Assembly (NCBI GenBank): GCA_951406725.2
Contig: OX597819.1
Span: forward strand, 43,896,001-43,960,000
Direction of reading: 5' to 3'
Length of the DNA: 64,000 nucleotides
Source: Octopus vulgaris
Lineage: Eukaryota
This document shows, piece after piece, positions 16,190-30,603 of this stretch. The notes beneath the pieces are model-generated. The model saw only the letters and a program-made list of their open reading frames with translations. It did not search any database and was not told where the DNA came from. The position numbers were made by a program, and so were the translations under genes. Every line of letters starts with the position of its first letter. Positions within the stretch are counted from its first letter, which is position 1.

Positions 16190-17883
16190 TATATATATGC
16201 ATATATTTTATTAACATATTATACGACTAAACGCACGCACCCTATTAAGTAAGATTGTTCTGTTTATCAAGTTCGCCTTGATATTAACTCTCACGCGACT
16301 CTGCATCTTTCTTTCTTTCTCTCCCATTCCCTTTTTCGTCTTTTTTCCCTCACTTAACTTGTCTCTTCCTCTCTCTCTCCCCCTCACTGTTCTTCATGGT
16401 CTCCTCGCACCATTCCCCTTCTTCTCTCTCTTCCTCTTGCTCCTCCTCCCCCATTCCCGTCGTCCATCTGCGACGATACTTCCGTCGTAACTGCTATCCC
16501 GTCCTTTCTCGCCCGCCTTCTAAGGCCACTGGTCGACATCTTCCTCTCTCGTCGTCCACTATAATCCAGCGTTTACAATACTTTTTTCGTCTGGCGTTAA
16601 CAGCCCTTCTTATCTTGTTCTCCTTGTCCTGTCTCTCACTGTTATATATTTATTTTTCCACTGTTTATATATATATTTTTTACTGTTTATATGTTTGTAC
16701 TGTCGTTACCGTCTTGCTTTTTTTACCCCTCTGCGAAAGGATCTCAGAATTTTAATTGATTTGCTTTTCGCAGGAAGGAATTTTTCATTCGAAGTATACG
16801 TCTCGCTTTTATCCTTCGAAACGTTTAGTAGATGAAACTTTAGCGACTGAAGAAGGGGATTTTTCGTTGTGCTTATTGTCCTGTATCTCTCTTTTTTTGC
16901 CTGTCTTGTTCCTTGGTTGTGTCTATGTTTTTCGTCTCTCTATGTGTTCGACGTCTTTTTGGTGTCCTGTACACATATATGCGTGTATATGTACATGTAG
17001 AGGTAGGTACGTACATATATGTTTATATATATGCATATATTTTATTAACATATTATACGACTAAACGCACGCACCCTATTAAGTAAAATTGTTCTGTTTA
17101 TCAAGTTCGCCTTGATATTAACTCTCACGCGACTCTGCATCTTTCTTTCTTTCTTTCTCTCCCATTCCCTTTTTCGTCTTTTTTCCCTCACTTAACTTAT
17201 CTCTTCCTCTCTCTCTCCCCCTCACTGTTCTTCATGGTCTCCTCGCACCATTCCCCTTCTTCTCTCTCTTCCTCTTGCTCCTCCTCCCCATTCCCGTCGT
17301 CCATCTGCGACGATACTTCCGTCGTAACTGCTATCCCGTCCTTTCTCGCCCGCCTTCTAAGGCCACTGGTCGACATCTTCCTCTCTCGTCGTCCACTATA
17401 ATCCAGCGTTTACAATACTTTTTTCGTCTGGCGTTAACAGCCCTTCTTATCTTGTTCTCCTTGTCCTGTCTCTCACTGTTATATATTTATTTTTCCACTG
17501 TTTTTATATATATTTTTTACTGTTTATATGTTTGTACTGTCGTTACCGTCTTGCTTTTTTTACCCCTCTGCGAAAGGATCTCAGAATTTTAATTGATTTG
17601 CTTTTCGCAGGAAGGAATTTTTCATTCGAAGTATACGTCTCGCTTTTATCCTTCGAAACGTTTAGTAGATGAAACTTTAGCGACTGAAGAAGGGGATTTT
17701 TCGTTGTGCTTATTGTCCTGTATCTCTCTTTTTTTGCCTGTCTTGTTCCTTGGTTGTGTCTATGTTTTTCGTCTCTCTATGTGTTCGACGTCTTTTTGGT
17801 GTCCTGTACACATATATGCGTGTATATGTACATGTAGAGGTAGGTACGTACATATATGTTTATATATATGCATATATTTTATT

Positions 17884-17890
<7 letters not shown>
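16181..17890 (+). repeat. Head-to-tail tandem of a ~835-bp non-coding unit (two copies plus restart) in (TA)n
   Basis: Offset 834-837 bp with only a few differences; duplicated ORFs at 16756 and 17593; the third copy stops after ~35 bp. Confidence 0.93.
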
Positions 17891-17918
<28 letters not shown>

Positions 17919-18057
17919 AGCTATAGGTACACACTAACAGCAACAACTGCAATATTAACAACACTGTGCCATATATAGTGTACTTACTATACACACAACC
18001 AACAACCAGCAACAGTATCGAATTATACAGAAAAAGTCACACACAAACACGCGCACA

Positions 18058-18095
<38 letters not shown>

Positions 18096-18287
18096 GTATT
18101 TATATATTTATGCATCTATATCTATCTATCTATCTATATTTCTATCTATCTATATATCTATCTATCTATCTATCTATATAGAAATTCGGGGTGAGTACTT
18201 GATAATTATAAGCACCTGTGTATACCGTTTGGTGGTGTAGGTGGTGGAGTAAAGTGATCAAAATAAAAACATGATGCGAAGGATTCA

Positions 18288-18365
18288 GCGGTACATATGT
18301 TTCGGGCCTTTATTAGACAGATTTATAACAATGCATAATGTATGTCTGTGGCCTTCTTCAGCCGC
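18288..18365 (-). ncRNA. Minimal type I hammerhead ribozyme
   Basis: On -: gcgg-CTGAAGA-aggcc...ggccc-GAAA-CATATG-TA-ccgc. Helix I is a perfect 4 bp, helix II is ggcc/ggcc plus acaga/tctgt, helix III is palindromic ACATATGT, cleavage triplet GUA. Confidence 0.85.
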
Positions 18366-20355
18366 GCACAACAGCTTCCACAAGGACATGTGTTACATCA
18401 AAAATTCTTGGTTGGGGATGCAAATCCTCTCATTCGCGTACGACATAATGCGGCAGCAGCATAGAATTGAAGCGTCCATCTCTTTCTTCTCTCAATGTAG
18501 AATGAGGAAATTTGGATGTTGAAGTAATGTAAATAAATAAATACATATATAGACGTGAAGATGGAGGGGCGAGAATTCAGGACGAGGGATAAAAAATGTA
18601 TAAAAAGTGTAAGTATAGAAAAATATAAAAATGTAGAGTATAAAGATATAAAGGGATATAAGGAGATGTAAAGGGGGTATAAAGAATATAAAGAAATATA
18701 AAGAAATATAAATAAATGTAAAGGCATAAGGTTATAAAGTAAAAATAGAAATAGAAATAAAAGTAAAAAGTAAAAAAATAAGAATAGGAATAAACATGAT
18801 GAAAATTAAAAAAAATATAAAGATAAGGGATGTATAGAGGTTACGGACCAAACATGGTGGTCAGGAGATTGATACAATTTAGTTGTAGAAGTTTTGGGTG
18901 TCAATAAATCAACAGTGTCGTCTGGGGACCTAATGTGTTGTAAATCAGAGCTGTTGAGCGTTTAATCTGGTTCTTTGAATTAATTGGTCATCTGGAACAT
19001 ACATACCATCATGGATACATACACCCATATACACGCGTACATATACGCCTCCAAGCCTATAAGCATACACACGCACTCACGTGTAAACATGTACATAAAC
19101 ACACACACACCCACACGCACGCGCGTACATATACATACATACAACAGAATATCCGCATGTATACACGGACATTATACGTGTACACACCCATATGTACATA
19201 CGTGCGCCCATCCTTACATACACATACGCATATGCCCACGCTTCCAGGTCTAGATATAAGATGTTAAAGGATGTATATAAGAACGTATGTAAAGAATCAC
19301 GCACTCACGTCTATACGTGCACGCACACACGGCTGTGTGTCCATATGTGCGTGCACATATACACTTACATACACACACAGAGACATACGCGCATATGGGT
19401 ATAGCTATAAGATATTAAAAGATGTATACAGATAGGTGTAAACATATGAATATAAGAAAACATGTAAAAAGAAGGAATACGGGGTATGTACATCCAGACG
19501 TAGATGTTTACTCGTACATATGTACATATATGTATACGTATACATACGTACACGGACGCTCGTATAATCATAAAGTGGATCCATAGGTAAGTAAATAAGG
19601 GATAAGCAAAAAAAATAGACATATATAGAGATATAAAGCGATAAGTTAGGGGTAAGAATGAGGGTAAGGGTAAAAATTAGAAATAAAAGTAAGAAATACA
19701 GTATAAAATAAGAAATACAATGTAAAAGTTAGAAATGAAATATAAAAATTATAAAAATTATAAGAATTAAGATAAGGGATGAAAATAAAAATGAGAATAA
19801 ATCGAAGTAGAATAAAAGTAAAAATAAAAGTAAAAATAAAAATAAAATAAAATAAAATAAAAATATAATTTGGTAAAGCTTAACATGAGATGAAGGTGGT
19901 TGAAAGTTAGAGGTGTGTGTTAAAGGTGCCCACGTAGGGGCGGGCGGGGGGAACTGAAAATTGGAAGGGTGGGAAGTGGAGTTTGGCGGTGTGCGTTCAA
20001 CATCCGAGTTAGAAATGTGAAAGGGTATAGATATAGGGAAATAAAGAGACTATATAGGAAGGATATGGGTGTAGGAGAAGAAAAATGTAGGGAAAAGAAG
20101 ACATATATGGGAGACAAAATTTGTATATATAGGAGGAAAATGCAGGGAAACATATATGCACATACACACACCCACACACACACACACACACACGCACATA
20201 TATATATATATACATATACGTACACATATGTGCACATACATATATATACGCACACATATACGCATATACACGCACATATAGGAAAGCGGGATGTGCTGGA
20301 GCCGACAGGTTGCACCGGGTGGGAGGAAATTGCATGGGGGAGTTGGTATAATAAC

Positions 20356-20685
20356 CTAAGCTTTGTAGTATTTGAAAGTATTTATAAGTTTGTGTATACA
20401 GGATGGTTTGAACTCTGACCTTTTGTTAATAAGATTGTGTTTGTCTTTGAATTTCAAGATGTTCAGGAGTTCTACACAACATAGTTGGCATCCTGCTCTA
20501 TTATTTAAATAAGGTGCAGCTGATCCGATGATGGACCACCTGAGTTTGAAGCCTATGCATTTGTCTTTTAATTCCCAAATTCTTTTAGAAAGGGAGGTGC
20601 TGTTAGCCTTATGTCTGTGTTTCAGCGAGGACCGGTGGTTGTAGTATCTGGATTTCCAGGAGGTTGAGCAACCTATGTAGGTGAT
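20356..20685 (-). pseudogene. GIY-YIG endonuclease C-terminal part of a PLE (Naiad-like)
   Basis: YIG...[11 protein letters not shown]...[13 protein letters not shown]...WSII...CQLCCVE...LINKRSE...CIH; no stops over ~110 codons. The N-terminal part of the ORF call is microsatellite. Confidence 0.88.
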
Positions 20686-20758
20686 ATATACGTATATACA
20701 TAAATTTATACATATACATACATACACACATACATGCATACATACATACATACATACA

Positions 20759-20908
<150 letters not shown>

Positions 20909-21378
20909 CATGAATAATATACATGTGCAATTACATACACTTAGTAATATGATTTTTACAGAATATATACTTATTCCCAGCTTAGAGTATAAAAAAGAAA
21001 AAAAATTTAAAAACAGAAAGAGAACAAGAGCCAATGTAAAACAGCATAAAGAAAATATGTAAAAAAAGATATCATAGAGAAATAAATAAAAAAAAATGGT
21101 TCTTTTGATCAACATTGGTGCGTAAGAAGTGAGACAAGATGTAATACTTCTCAGAGAGAAAACCAATTTCTCTAGAACTATCTTTAATAAATAAATAAAT
21201 GAATAAATAAACAAAAGTATAAATAAATAAAGGGAAAAGTAAAATAACAAAACAAGAATATCAGAACTAAAAATAGAAAAAATATAAACAATATCAGACA
21301 AAACATTGCTCTATTTCCGTCTGATCGATATAATTTTTACTGAAAATAAAATATTACAACACAAGCACGTACATACAC

Positions 21379-21445
<67 letters not shown>

Positions 21446-21504
21446 CTCACGCACATAAACCACATGTACACACACAACACTCGTACGCATAGATATATAT
21501 ATAT

Positions 21505-21537
<33 letters not shown>

Positions 21538-22204
21538 CACGTTATACACATATAATATATAATTAATATACATTGATATGCACATATACATACATACATA
21601 CATACGAATATATATCTGTGTGCCTATATGTCTGTGTGTGTGAGTTTAGTATATGTATGTATGTGTGTGTGTTTATCTATGTATAAGAAGGAAAGACAAA
21701 TATAAAATATTCCAAATTTAATATTTTTTCGATATATTTTCGATCAATGTAATGGAATGTGTGTTTTGTTTTTGTTTTATTTTCTTACATCCATTTATAT
21801 TGTTTTTGTTTTATTGTTAAAATATAATTTTAAAAAGTCCTCTTGGTACAAAATAAATCAAACAACACAAATGTTCGTACATAAATATACAAACACACGC
21901 ACGCACGCAAACAGACACACACACACACACGCACACATATATATATGTGTGTGTGCATATATATATATATATATACACTTCTATGTATGTATTTGCATTT
22001 CATTTGATTAAAATGTTGAAAATGATGTCGGCACAACTGACACAATCTCTGACAGATGTCCCGACGAAAACATTTGTGCAATGACACCTATGCCAAAAGA
22101 TAAATCGCTATGATGATATGGAGTTTTTTCCCGCCATTTTGAAGCAGTCCACAAGCCTACGTCATCTGGTCGTCTGGTCAATCTTCAATTCCCTTTTTCA
22201 TTAG

Positions 22205-22251
22205 GATGATCTGAAGAAATACACAGGGTCTGTGACAGATTACGTAGGAAA
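22205..22251 (+). CDS. Candidate 47-nt internal micro-exon (DDLKKYTGSVTDYVG)
   Basis: Pyrimidine tract ttccctttttcattag| and donor AA|GTAAGA in a unique island; phase 0 to phase 2. Confidence 0.35.
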
Positions 22252-22279
22252 GTAAGAATATTTGATGAAGTGACGAGAA

Positions 22280-22350
<71 letters not shown>

Positions 22351-22383
22351 TGATGATGATAAAAAAAAAATTCTTTAAAAAAA

Positions 22384-23682
22384 CTGATGGGGAAAGAAAT
22401 GACAGAAAAATTTAAAGTGGAGTACTTGCGCAGACTGAGTCTGATCCTAAAGTCGAAATTAAACGGACGGAATACGATAGAAGCTATCAACACCTGGGCG
22501 GTTTCACTCTTTAGATATGGAGCAGGGGTAATCGCATGGACAGTAGACGAACTAAACAGCTTAGACAGAAATACAAGGAACTATATATGGGTCACATCAC
22601 CCAAAAAGTGACACAGAGAGACTGTATGTACCAAGAAAAAGAGGGGGAAGAAAACTTATTGGATGCGAACACTGCATTACAGCAGAAGAAAACAACATAG
22701 CATGGTATGTAAAAATGCCACAGAACCGCTGTTACTAGAAGGTCAGGCTTGTGTAGGATGAAAGATTGCAAAGATAAAGCACTATACAAGGAATTGAAAA
22801 CGAATGAAACCGAAAATAGGTGGGTAAAGAAAAGAATGCATGGTTTATTCCATAGGGATGTTGAAGATAAGACAGACAGAGAAAAAAACATGGTTGTGGA
22901 TGACTAAAATTGATTTAAAACCGGAAACGGAGGCTCTAATCTGTGCTGCCCAAGAGCAAACACTAAGAACAAACTACATAAAATACAGAATAGACAAGAC
23001 AGCAGAGAGGGATAAGTGTAGAACCTGTGGAAAACGGTGAAACCGTATTGCATATTACCAGCCAATGTACGCCACTAGCCCAGAAGGGATATAAGAGACG
23101 CTACGACAATATAGCCAGGCTTGTCCATTGGACACTTTGCAACAAGAATGGACTTGACAAAGCAAAAAAATGGTACGACCACAAACCTGAAGGCATCGTC
23201 GTAAATGGAAAAGGAAAGATCCTATGGGATTTTATGATTCTGTGCGACCATGAGATAGACAATAGGAAGCCGGACATAGTCTTAATTGAGAAAGAAAACA
23301 AACTATGCTGGATCATAGATATAGCATGCCCAGCTGACAACAAGGTATGCGATAAGGAAGATAAAATTGCTATCACTTAAAATTTGAAATAGGAAGAATC
23401 TGGAGCATGCGAACTTTAAGGGTCATGCCTATAATAATTGGTGCGTTGGGTAGAGTAAGCAAATATATAGACAAATGGCTGAAGGAGATTGAAATAGAAT
23501 GCTTGGTAGAGCTCCTACAAAAAGCTTGTCTCTTAGGGATAGCAAGGATTATCAGGAGGGTTCTAAGCACTTGAAAGACTGCTGAAAACTTGTGGATACC
23601 TAAGGTTACAGATAGTAACCCGCTACCTATATAAATCCTATCAGTAATAAGACCAAACCTGTGCCAAACCAAAATAATAATA
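22384..23682 (+). mobile_element. 5'-truncated R4-clade (Dong/Rex6-like) non-LTR retrotransposon in (TAA)n
   Basis: RT thumb (EAINTWAVSLFRYGAG), AAQEQ, CCHC knuckle CRTC..ETVLHITSQC, RLE motifs RYD / KPDIV / IIDIACP, and end QKACLLG..RRVLST* at 23574. Frameshifted. TAA repeats on both sides. Confidence 0.9.
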
Positions 23683-24579
23683 ACGATCTTTTCTAATATT
23701 GGCACAAGGCCTAAAATTGGGTATGTGTGTGTGTGGGGGGGGAATAGGAAGAAGTAGGAGGAGGAGAAGGAAAAGAAGAAGACCAAGAGCAACAACAAGA
23801 ACTTCATTAACAGCAACGTCAACAACAATATTGATGAGAGAGGGAGAAAGGCGATTACATCCATATCAGTAATTAACTGAACCAGTAATTGACTGGTATT
23901 TCATCAATCTTGAAAGAATGGAAAGTGAAGTCAGGAGTCACCGTAACCTCCAATGCCCCACCCCTGTGTGATTCTAGTTTTGTGTTGCCCTACGTACGTA
24001 TTGGGGATACTAACCAATCCTTAAGTGTAAAATGCACTGGATGTGTTTCCTTTCTCACCCGTCTTCAGTTTCGAAATCTTGAATGTATTCCCATTAGCGT
24101 AATCCAATCAATAGAGTAAATATTGCCCCCAGTTTTAACCGTATAAGGAAAACTCCTGTACTTTTAGAGATGCCGAGATATGTGAAATTCCTCCTTTCTA
24201 GACCTTTGATAGAGGTTTTACTTTTGTCACAAAGTCTGCCACATAGAACTTCTTTCTTTTAAGGCTCTCATATTCCTTTCCTACCGAAAACTAGAAACGC
24301 GAGCCTAGGAAATGAGAACAAACCTGAGTCAAATCTTGTTATTGTTGGCTTTTTAGTGGAGTAAACCTATTATCAAACTCATACTGTGATCATCTTGCCT
24401 GTCTTTTATAGACCTAATCTGTCTCCCGGATTAACGCTATCACCTGGCATCTTGAATATATTTAGCAGATCCTATTCTGTTAAATGTTATCCTCAAAACC
24501 AGAGACTTGGCTTTGTTTAAGGATACCATTCTTCCTCTGTTCTATCAGTCACGTCCTTTTCCACATGGCTAGGCGATTA

Positions 24580-25000
24580 ATAATTTTCATTTTTGGTACA
24601 AGGCCGGCAATTTTCAGGAGAGAGGGCTAGTCGGTTGATCGATACTTTATTTTATTGATCCCGAAATGACGGAAAGCAAATCGATTTCAGCGGAATTTGA
24701 ACTCAGAATATAAAGAAGCGAAAGAAATATTGCAAAGCATTTTGTCCGATGCATTACCGTTTCTGCCAAGTCCCGAGTTAACTAAGCGATTAATAATCGT
24801 TTCAGGTTTCGACACGATACCTGACATTTTAGGGTGGTAGGAGAGCAATTCAATTACATCGACCCCTACTGTTCAAGAGTTACTTATTTTATTCACTTTG
24901 AAAGGATAAAAGGCAAAAATCGACTCCGGCGGAATTTGACCTCAACGTAAATTTCCGGAAGAAATGTTGCTTAGCATTTTGTCCGACACGCTACCTTAAC
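24580..25000 (-). mobile_element. Two decayed SINE family B units
   Basis: Degenerate matches to cggaatttgaactcagaa and the Nin-like core. Confidence 0.7.
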
Positions 25001-25428
25001 TAAGTAATCAATGACAAAAGGACACAGTGTACCTAAGCATATTATTAATCAATATTCTCTTCCCTTTTTTTCAACGGTAAGATGAAATATGAGGAAGATT
25101 TAGGTACTATATTTAGCTATTCTAGCAACCAAGTAGAGGCTCTCTCGTCGTCTCACAAGTTTCTTTCTTGCTTCGTTAGCAGCAAAAGCAAAAACAGATC
25201 AGACCAGAGTTTACTGAGCAGCAATAAATATAATAACGAGTTTGGTGTAGTTTACAGAAGTTAACTAAACACGTCTCATGTCTCTAGCGTAAACATATAA
25301 CTATAAAGCATTCATAAATGATATATTAAAGCACATTATATACCTTAAACAGCTTCAAAGACAGCGGCGAATGCATTTTATCCACCAAGAATTATTGCGT
25401 TGAAATGACAATTAACAACCAACCAAAG

Positions 25429-25472
25429 ATGGCCGATCAGTGGATCCGTGAAAATGCGTTTAAAGATATAAA
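25429..25472 (+). CDS. Candidate short first coding exon (MADQWIRENAFKDI-K/N)
   Basis: aaagATGG start context and AA|GTTAGT donor-like site (phase 2) in a unique island. Confidence 0.3.
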
Positions 25473-26469
25473 GTTAGTCGTAGCTTGACACTGGGGTATT
25501 TCAGAGCACACGTCTAAATGGTTTCGTTAGATTAGAAAGAGAGAGAGTTCAGTTGTACGATAAGTAGGGATAGTTTCCCTTTATATGAAGGCTTGTGTAT
25601 GCATTTTGTATACATATACATACGCATATTTACGCTCATACATATACATTATATATGCCTATACACACAAATACACAGGCACAGACACTGACAAATACAT
25701 ACACACACAGACACACACGCTCACATACATACAGACACACATGTAAGTACTTATATCCAATGTGAGATATATATATATACATGTGTATTTGGATGGATGT
25801 AAACACATACATACACACTTATATGAATGTATAAATGTGTGTGTGAGAGTGTGTGTATGTATATGTATATATACAAAAGGAGAGAGTAGAGGATAAGAGA
25901 GTTGTACATATATATTCGTCTATTTATATTCCTGTATTCCTGGAAGTATGTATGTGTATGTCTATATACAGCTAGTGTAACTAGCTATATATATGCGTAT
26001 ATATGTGTTTGTGTGTATGTGTATGTGTGTGTATGTGTGTGTATGTGTGTGTGTGTGTGTGTATGTTGTGTGTGAATATATATATATGTATGTATATATA
26101 TGTAAATGTATATATAAATATAAATACATATATGCATATATAAATATAAATAAATACATATATATATATATATATATGTATATTCATATATACACTTCTA
26201 AAAACATAATTCATTTTTGCACAAACACACACACATACACAGATGCACTCACACACACACACACACACAGATGCACGTCCGCACACACATATTCACACAC
26301 GCACACAGGCGTCTGTAGATATATAATAAAGTCGTCAAAATTATTGCTGTATAAGTAGCCAGTGGCGATTTATAATGTTATGTGATTATAGCACCAGTGT
26401 TAAAGGGCTTGGTGGTTGTTGTACTGAGCGTGGCTATAAGGAGAGTAGCAATTTGAATGGTGTTAACAG

Positions 26470-26864
26470 AAACACGATGGCGGCGGTAGCGGTGCTGGTC
26501 GTGCTAGTGATGAAAATGGTGGTGGAGAGCTGGTTTGTTGGCAGAAGTGGTATTGGTGCCGCTGTTGTTGTTGATGATGATGATGTTGATAATGATGATG
26601 ATGGTGGTGGTGGTGATGGTGTTGATAGTAATTATGGTGGTGATGATGAAGTTTGTTGTCTGCAGTAGTGAGGTTTGTCGTGGTGATGGTGGTGGTGGTG
26701 TGTAGTGTTGCTGGTGGAGTAGAAGTGGTGGAGTTGGCTGTGGTGTTCACAGCTGCGATGATGATGATGGAGATAGTGATGGTAGTGGTGGTAGTGTTGA
26801 CGAAGGGAGAGATTTTGACGGAGAAAATGATGATGGCGCTGTTGCATGCTTTCGTGTTGGTGGA

Positions 26865-26941
<77 letters not shown>

Positions 26942-26956
26942 CACCATCATCATCCT

Positions 26957-27052
<96 letters not shown>

Positions 27053-27430
27053 AATCCCTATACAACTGCTAGTTGTAGTAATGGTGGTGGTGGTGGTGGT
27101 GAATGTGGTTGTGGTAGTGTAGGTGGCAATGGCGGAGGTGTTGGTGTCATTGGTATTTATGGCAGCGTTGATGTTGATTGTGGTGTTGATGGTGGGAATG
27201 ATGTTCAGTTTGGTGGTGGTGATGGTGGCAGTTGCGGTGATGGTGGCTGTTGCGGTGATGGTGGCTGTTGCGGTGGTGATAGTGGTGATGGTGGTGATAT
27301 CACTGAGTAGATAGTGGTGGAGGTAGTGGCGATTCTAGCAGTAATAATACTTTCAGTTTCAGTTTTGTAGCTATTGCTGTTGTTGTTGTTGTTGTTGGTA
27401 GTGGTGGTGGTGGCGGTGGTGTTGAGCGTA
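26470..27430. repeat. Trinucleotide mosaic (GGT/GAT) with an internal (CTA)n/(CAC)n block
   Basis: Directly visible. Confidence 0.93.
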
Positions 27431-28044
27431 GAGGGCGTTATTGGTGATGCTAGACATTAATGTAGAATGGCGAATGATGATTAGGAGTGTAGAGTTAAGG
27501 TCTGAAAGATTTTTGACTATCGCCTCCTATGAAGCATAGCTCTATGATTTAGCAAGTCTAATGATGTAATTTGCAGCATCAGTTGCCAAAAAGAGCTGCT
27601 ATCAAAGCTGGATCAAACGGATAAAAACATTGACTATGACCGGACAATGACCGGAATATTACATATGTCACCATCCCCCACTTGACCCCACCGACCTACC
27701 TGACTCCTTCCATATCCGCATTTATCCATCCTCCTATCACACGTATATTCACACACACGTGGATGAACACAGAGATACAAACGTATCTATATGTGTGTGC
27801 ATGCATATTTATATGTGAATGTATGTATGTATGTATGTATGTATATATATATATATGTATATATTCTCAAACACATATAAACCTAAACGCACACACTTGC
27901 AAGTATATAATTACATAAGTATTCACATACACTAAAGGCCAAAATATGTCTGTGTATATATATATATGTATATAAGTATATATATCTATATATACATGAA
28001 GATATATAATAACATGCACACACATATATAAGCCTATATATAAG

Positions 28045-28099
<55 letters not shown>

Positions 28100-28299
28100 G
28101 CTTGTATGTATATATATTAAGTACTTGTGCTTGCTTATACTTCTCTCTCTCTCTCTTTCTTTCTCGCTCCCGCATAATACATACACACACATACACATGC
28201 ATACACACACGCACACACACCCATTAAGAAGTAGAAAAAAAAAGCATTCATATTCTCAGATAAAACTAGAACTCTTTATGAAGTAGAAAATGGTACCAA

Positions 28300-29130
28300 T
28301 AACTTACTCTTAAATAAGAACATTACCCAAAACTATAAGACGACTAGAGTACACCCCCACTTGCAAAAATATAATATTGAAGCAAAAATTATAGTTCATA
28401 AAATTCAAGTAGATAATAGATTCCAATGTTTAACTAAACGCAAAGAGATAGTCATACTCAAAGACCATGAGGAGTATTTCGCCTCCGTTCCTAAACGCAG
28501 ATTAATCAATCTTGCAAAAACCGAGATCGGATTAATTAGCAAGAAAATCTGAACCGTAAATTACAGAATTCAACTAACCTAGAGCAATGGAATGACAGTA
28601 CCACAGTTATTAGCTGGCTTAATCACATCAATAATCACAACGATTCCAATTTTGCCCTATTTGATATTGTCGAATGTTATCCTTTTATCTTCAAACCTCT
28701 ACTCGTCAGTACCTTAGGAGGATAATGATAAGAATATCAAGATGGCTCCATGATCGTCTTTGACAAGTATTCATGCTAGATTAAAGTAGCATACGCCGTA
28801 AGTTCGTTCAATGTCAGCATGGAATCATTTAACAGCGCAGTAATATCCAGTCTCGTTTGTCTGTATATCATAGATACATTTAAAAACAAATCATCGTGAT
28901 AGATATTGGCCTATATAGAGATGATGGGTTCGTTAGATTTCAATACGTCAATTAGCTCAGATTACATACACTTATAAAAGATTTTCTTCATAGCTTCTAT
29001 AATTTCAGCCTGAAACAAATTTCTTCTCTCATAATATACGTGCGTATTAAAGAAGTCATTGCTAGAACTGAAATCTACATCTAATATAACTATTCTCAGT
29101 ATTCATCACATCCTTTTGTTACGAAATCGT
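28300..29130 (+). pseudogene. Decayed PLE reverse transcriptase (Naiad-like)
   Basis: LKDHEEYF..PKRRLINLAKTEIGLISKKI, QWNDSTTVISW, FDIVECYP, FNVSMESF and IGLYRDDG; multiple lesions. Confidence 0.85.
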
Positions 29131-29791
29131 TCCCCATTTCATAGGAAGCATATACCCACGTTATGAAAATTCTTTCTCGGGACTACACTCTACACATTAA
29201 TAAGACCAGTCCTAGAAATTACGACAATTCACTTTTTACAAAGATGTTGTCTGCCAGACATATGACATTTCCATAAGTTATGACAGGCCTCACTTTGGGA
29301 GCCTTGCTCACAAAGTTCATGTGTCATTTGATTTGCTTAATGGTGGCCGAAATTTTCTATTATGGAGTTGTTACTGTTGTTGTATTTGTAGCTTAGACGC
29401 ATGTCAGTTCTAATCAAGCATACCTATGATAAAAGGCAATCCATCCATGACCATGCCATCTCATTTTTCATACGCAGTGCATATAGGACTACATTAACTT
29501 ATGAATCCCATCTTTTAGAAGATGGTGGAATGTAATTTAAGCATAATGTGGCTTCTATTTTAAGCTCGTCGAGTAAACAAATATGGGTTCTTACTTTGAT
29601 TTGCCAATGTATTTGGAAACACCAGTGATCATTTTTCCAAGCATTCCTGTTAACTTCCGTACGATATCAAGGGAGCTGAGACTTAGCAAAATATAGAAGG
29701 TAGAAATAGACTCAAAATATATGTAGAATTTGAATTCACGAACTGTGTACTGAAATTCTGCAGTAACTTATCCACCTTATCCATTGCTCCA

Positions 29792-30226
29792 AGTCGGACA
29801 GCTGGTAGAATCGTTAGCACGTCAGACAGAAATGCTTAGCGGCATTTCGACCGGCTTTACTTTCTGACTTCAAATTCCACCGAGGCCGACTTTATTTTTC
29901 ATCCTTTCGTCGTTGATGAAGTAAATAGCAGCTGAGCACTAAGGTCAATGTAATCGACTAGCCCCTCCCCCAAAATGTCTGATATTGTGCTTGTAGTAGA
30001 AAGAATTATTTTAAGGTGGCGAGCTGGAAGAATCGTTTGCACGCCGGGCGAAATGCTTCGCAGTATTTCGTTTGCCGCTACGTTCTGAGTTCAAATTCCG
30101 CCGAGATCGAATTTATCTTTCATCCTTTAGGGGTTGATGAAATAAGTACCAGTTATGCACTGGGATCGATGTAATCGACTTAAATCCTTCCTCCGAATTT
30201 GAGGCTTTCTGCTTCCAGTAGAACGG
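29792..30226 (+). mobile_element. Two adjacent SINE family B copies
   Basis: Heads gctggtagaatcgttag (~29800) and ggcgagctggaagaatcg (~30018); both have B-box and Nin-like core. Confidence 0.85.
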
Positions 30227-30227
30227 A

Positions 30228-30306
<79 letters not shown>

Positions 30307-30433
30307 GATTGTTATAGACGTTGCACAGTACACAATATCGTGAGGTTGTTGACTGAAGATATTGTATCTGCCGGAGGGGGGATGGTTGTACTGTTTGTCA
30401 AGTCACAACAAGGACCTCAGATAGACAGTACTT
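30307..30433 (-). mobile_element. 3' tip of a Dong/R4-like element in (TAA)n
   Basis: On -: ..VLSI* then ggtccttgttgtgacttg and a short UTR ending in (TAA)n; the post-stop arrangement parallels the 22384 element. Confidence 0.55.
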
Positions 30434-30437
30434 ATTA

Positions 30438-30503
<66 letters not shown>

Positions 30504-30603
30504 ATTATTGTGATTAAGGCGGTTAGCTGGCAGAATCGTTAGTTTTTGAAATACTAGGTGTAAATTTTATGTTGGAGTTTAACACCATAGTTTTTAGCAC
30601 ATT

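Larger units (their letters stand above)
18181..20685 (-). mobile_element. 5'-truncated Penelope-like retroelement: GIY-YIG C-terminus, ~2.2-kb 3' region and HHR
   Basis: Endonuclease ORF remnant at 20356-20685, same-strand HHR at 18288-18365, microsatellites at both ends. Continuity of the intervening region is inferred. Confidence 0.7.

Noticed and set aside
23930-24560. Unique stretch with weak resemblance to recombinase or TE coding sequence
   Set aside because: No continuous frame or catalytic residues found on either strand.
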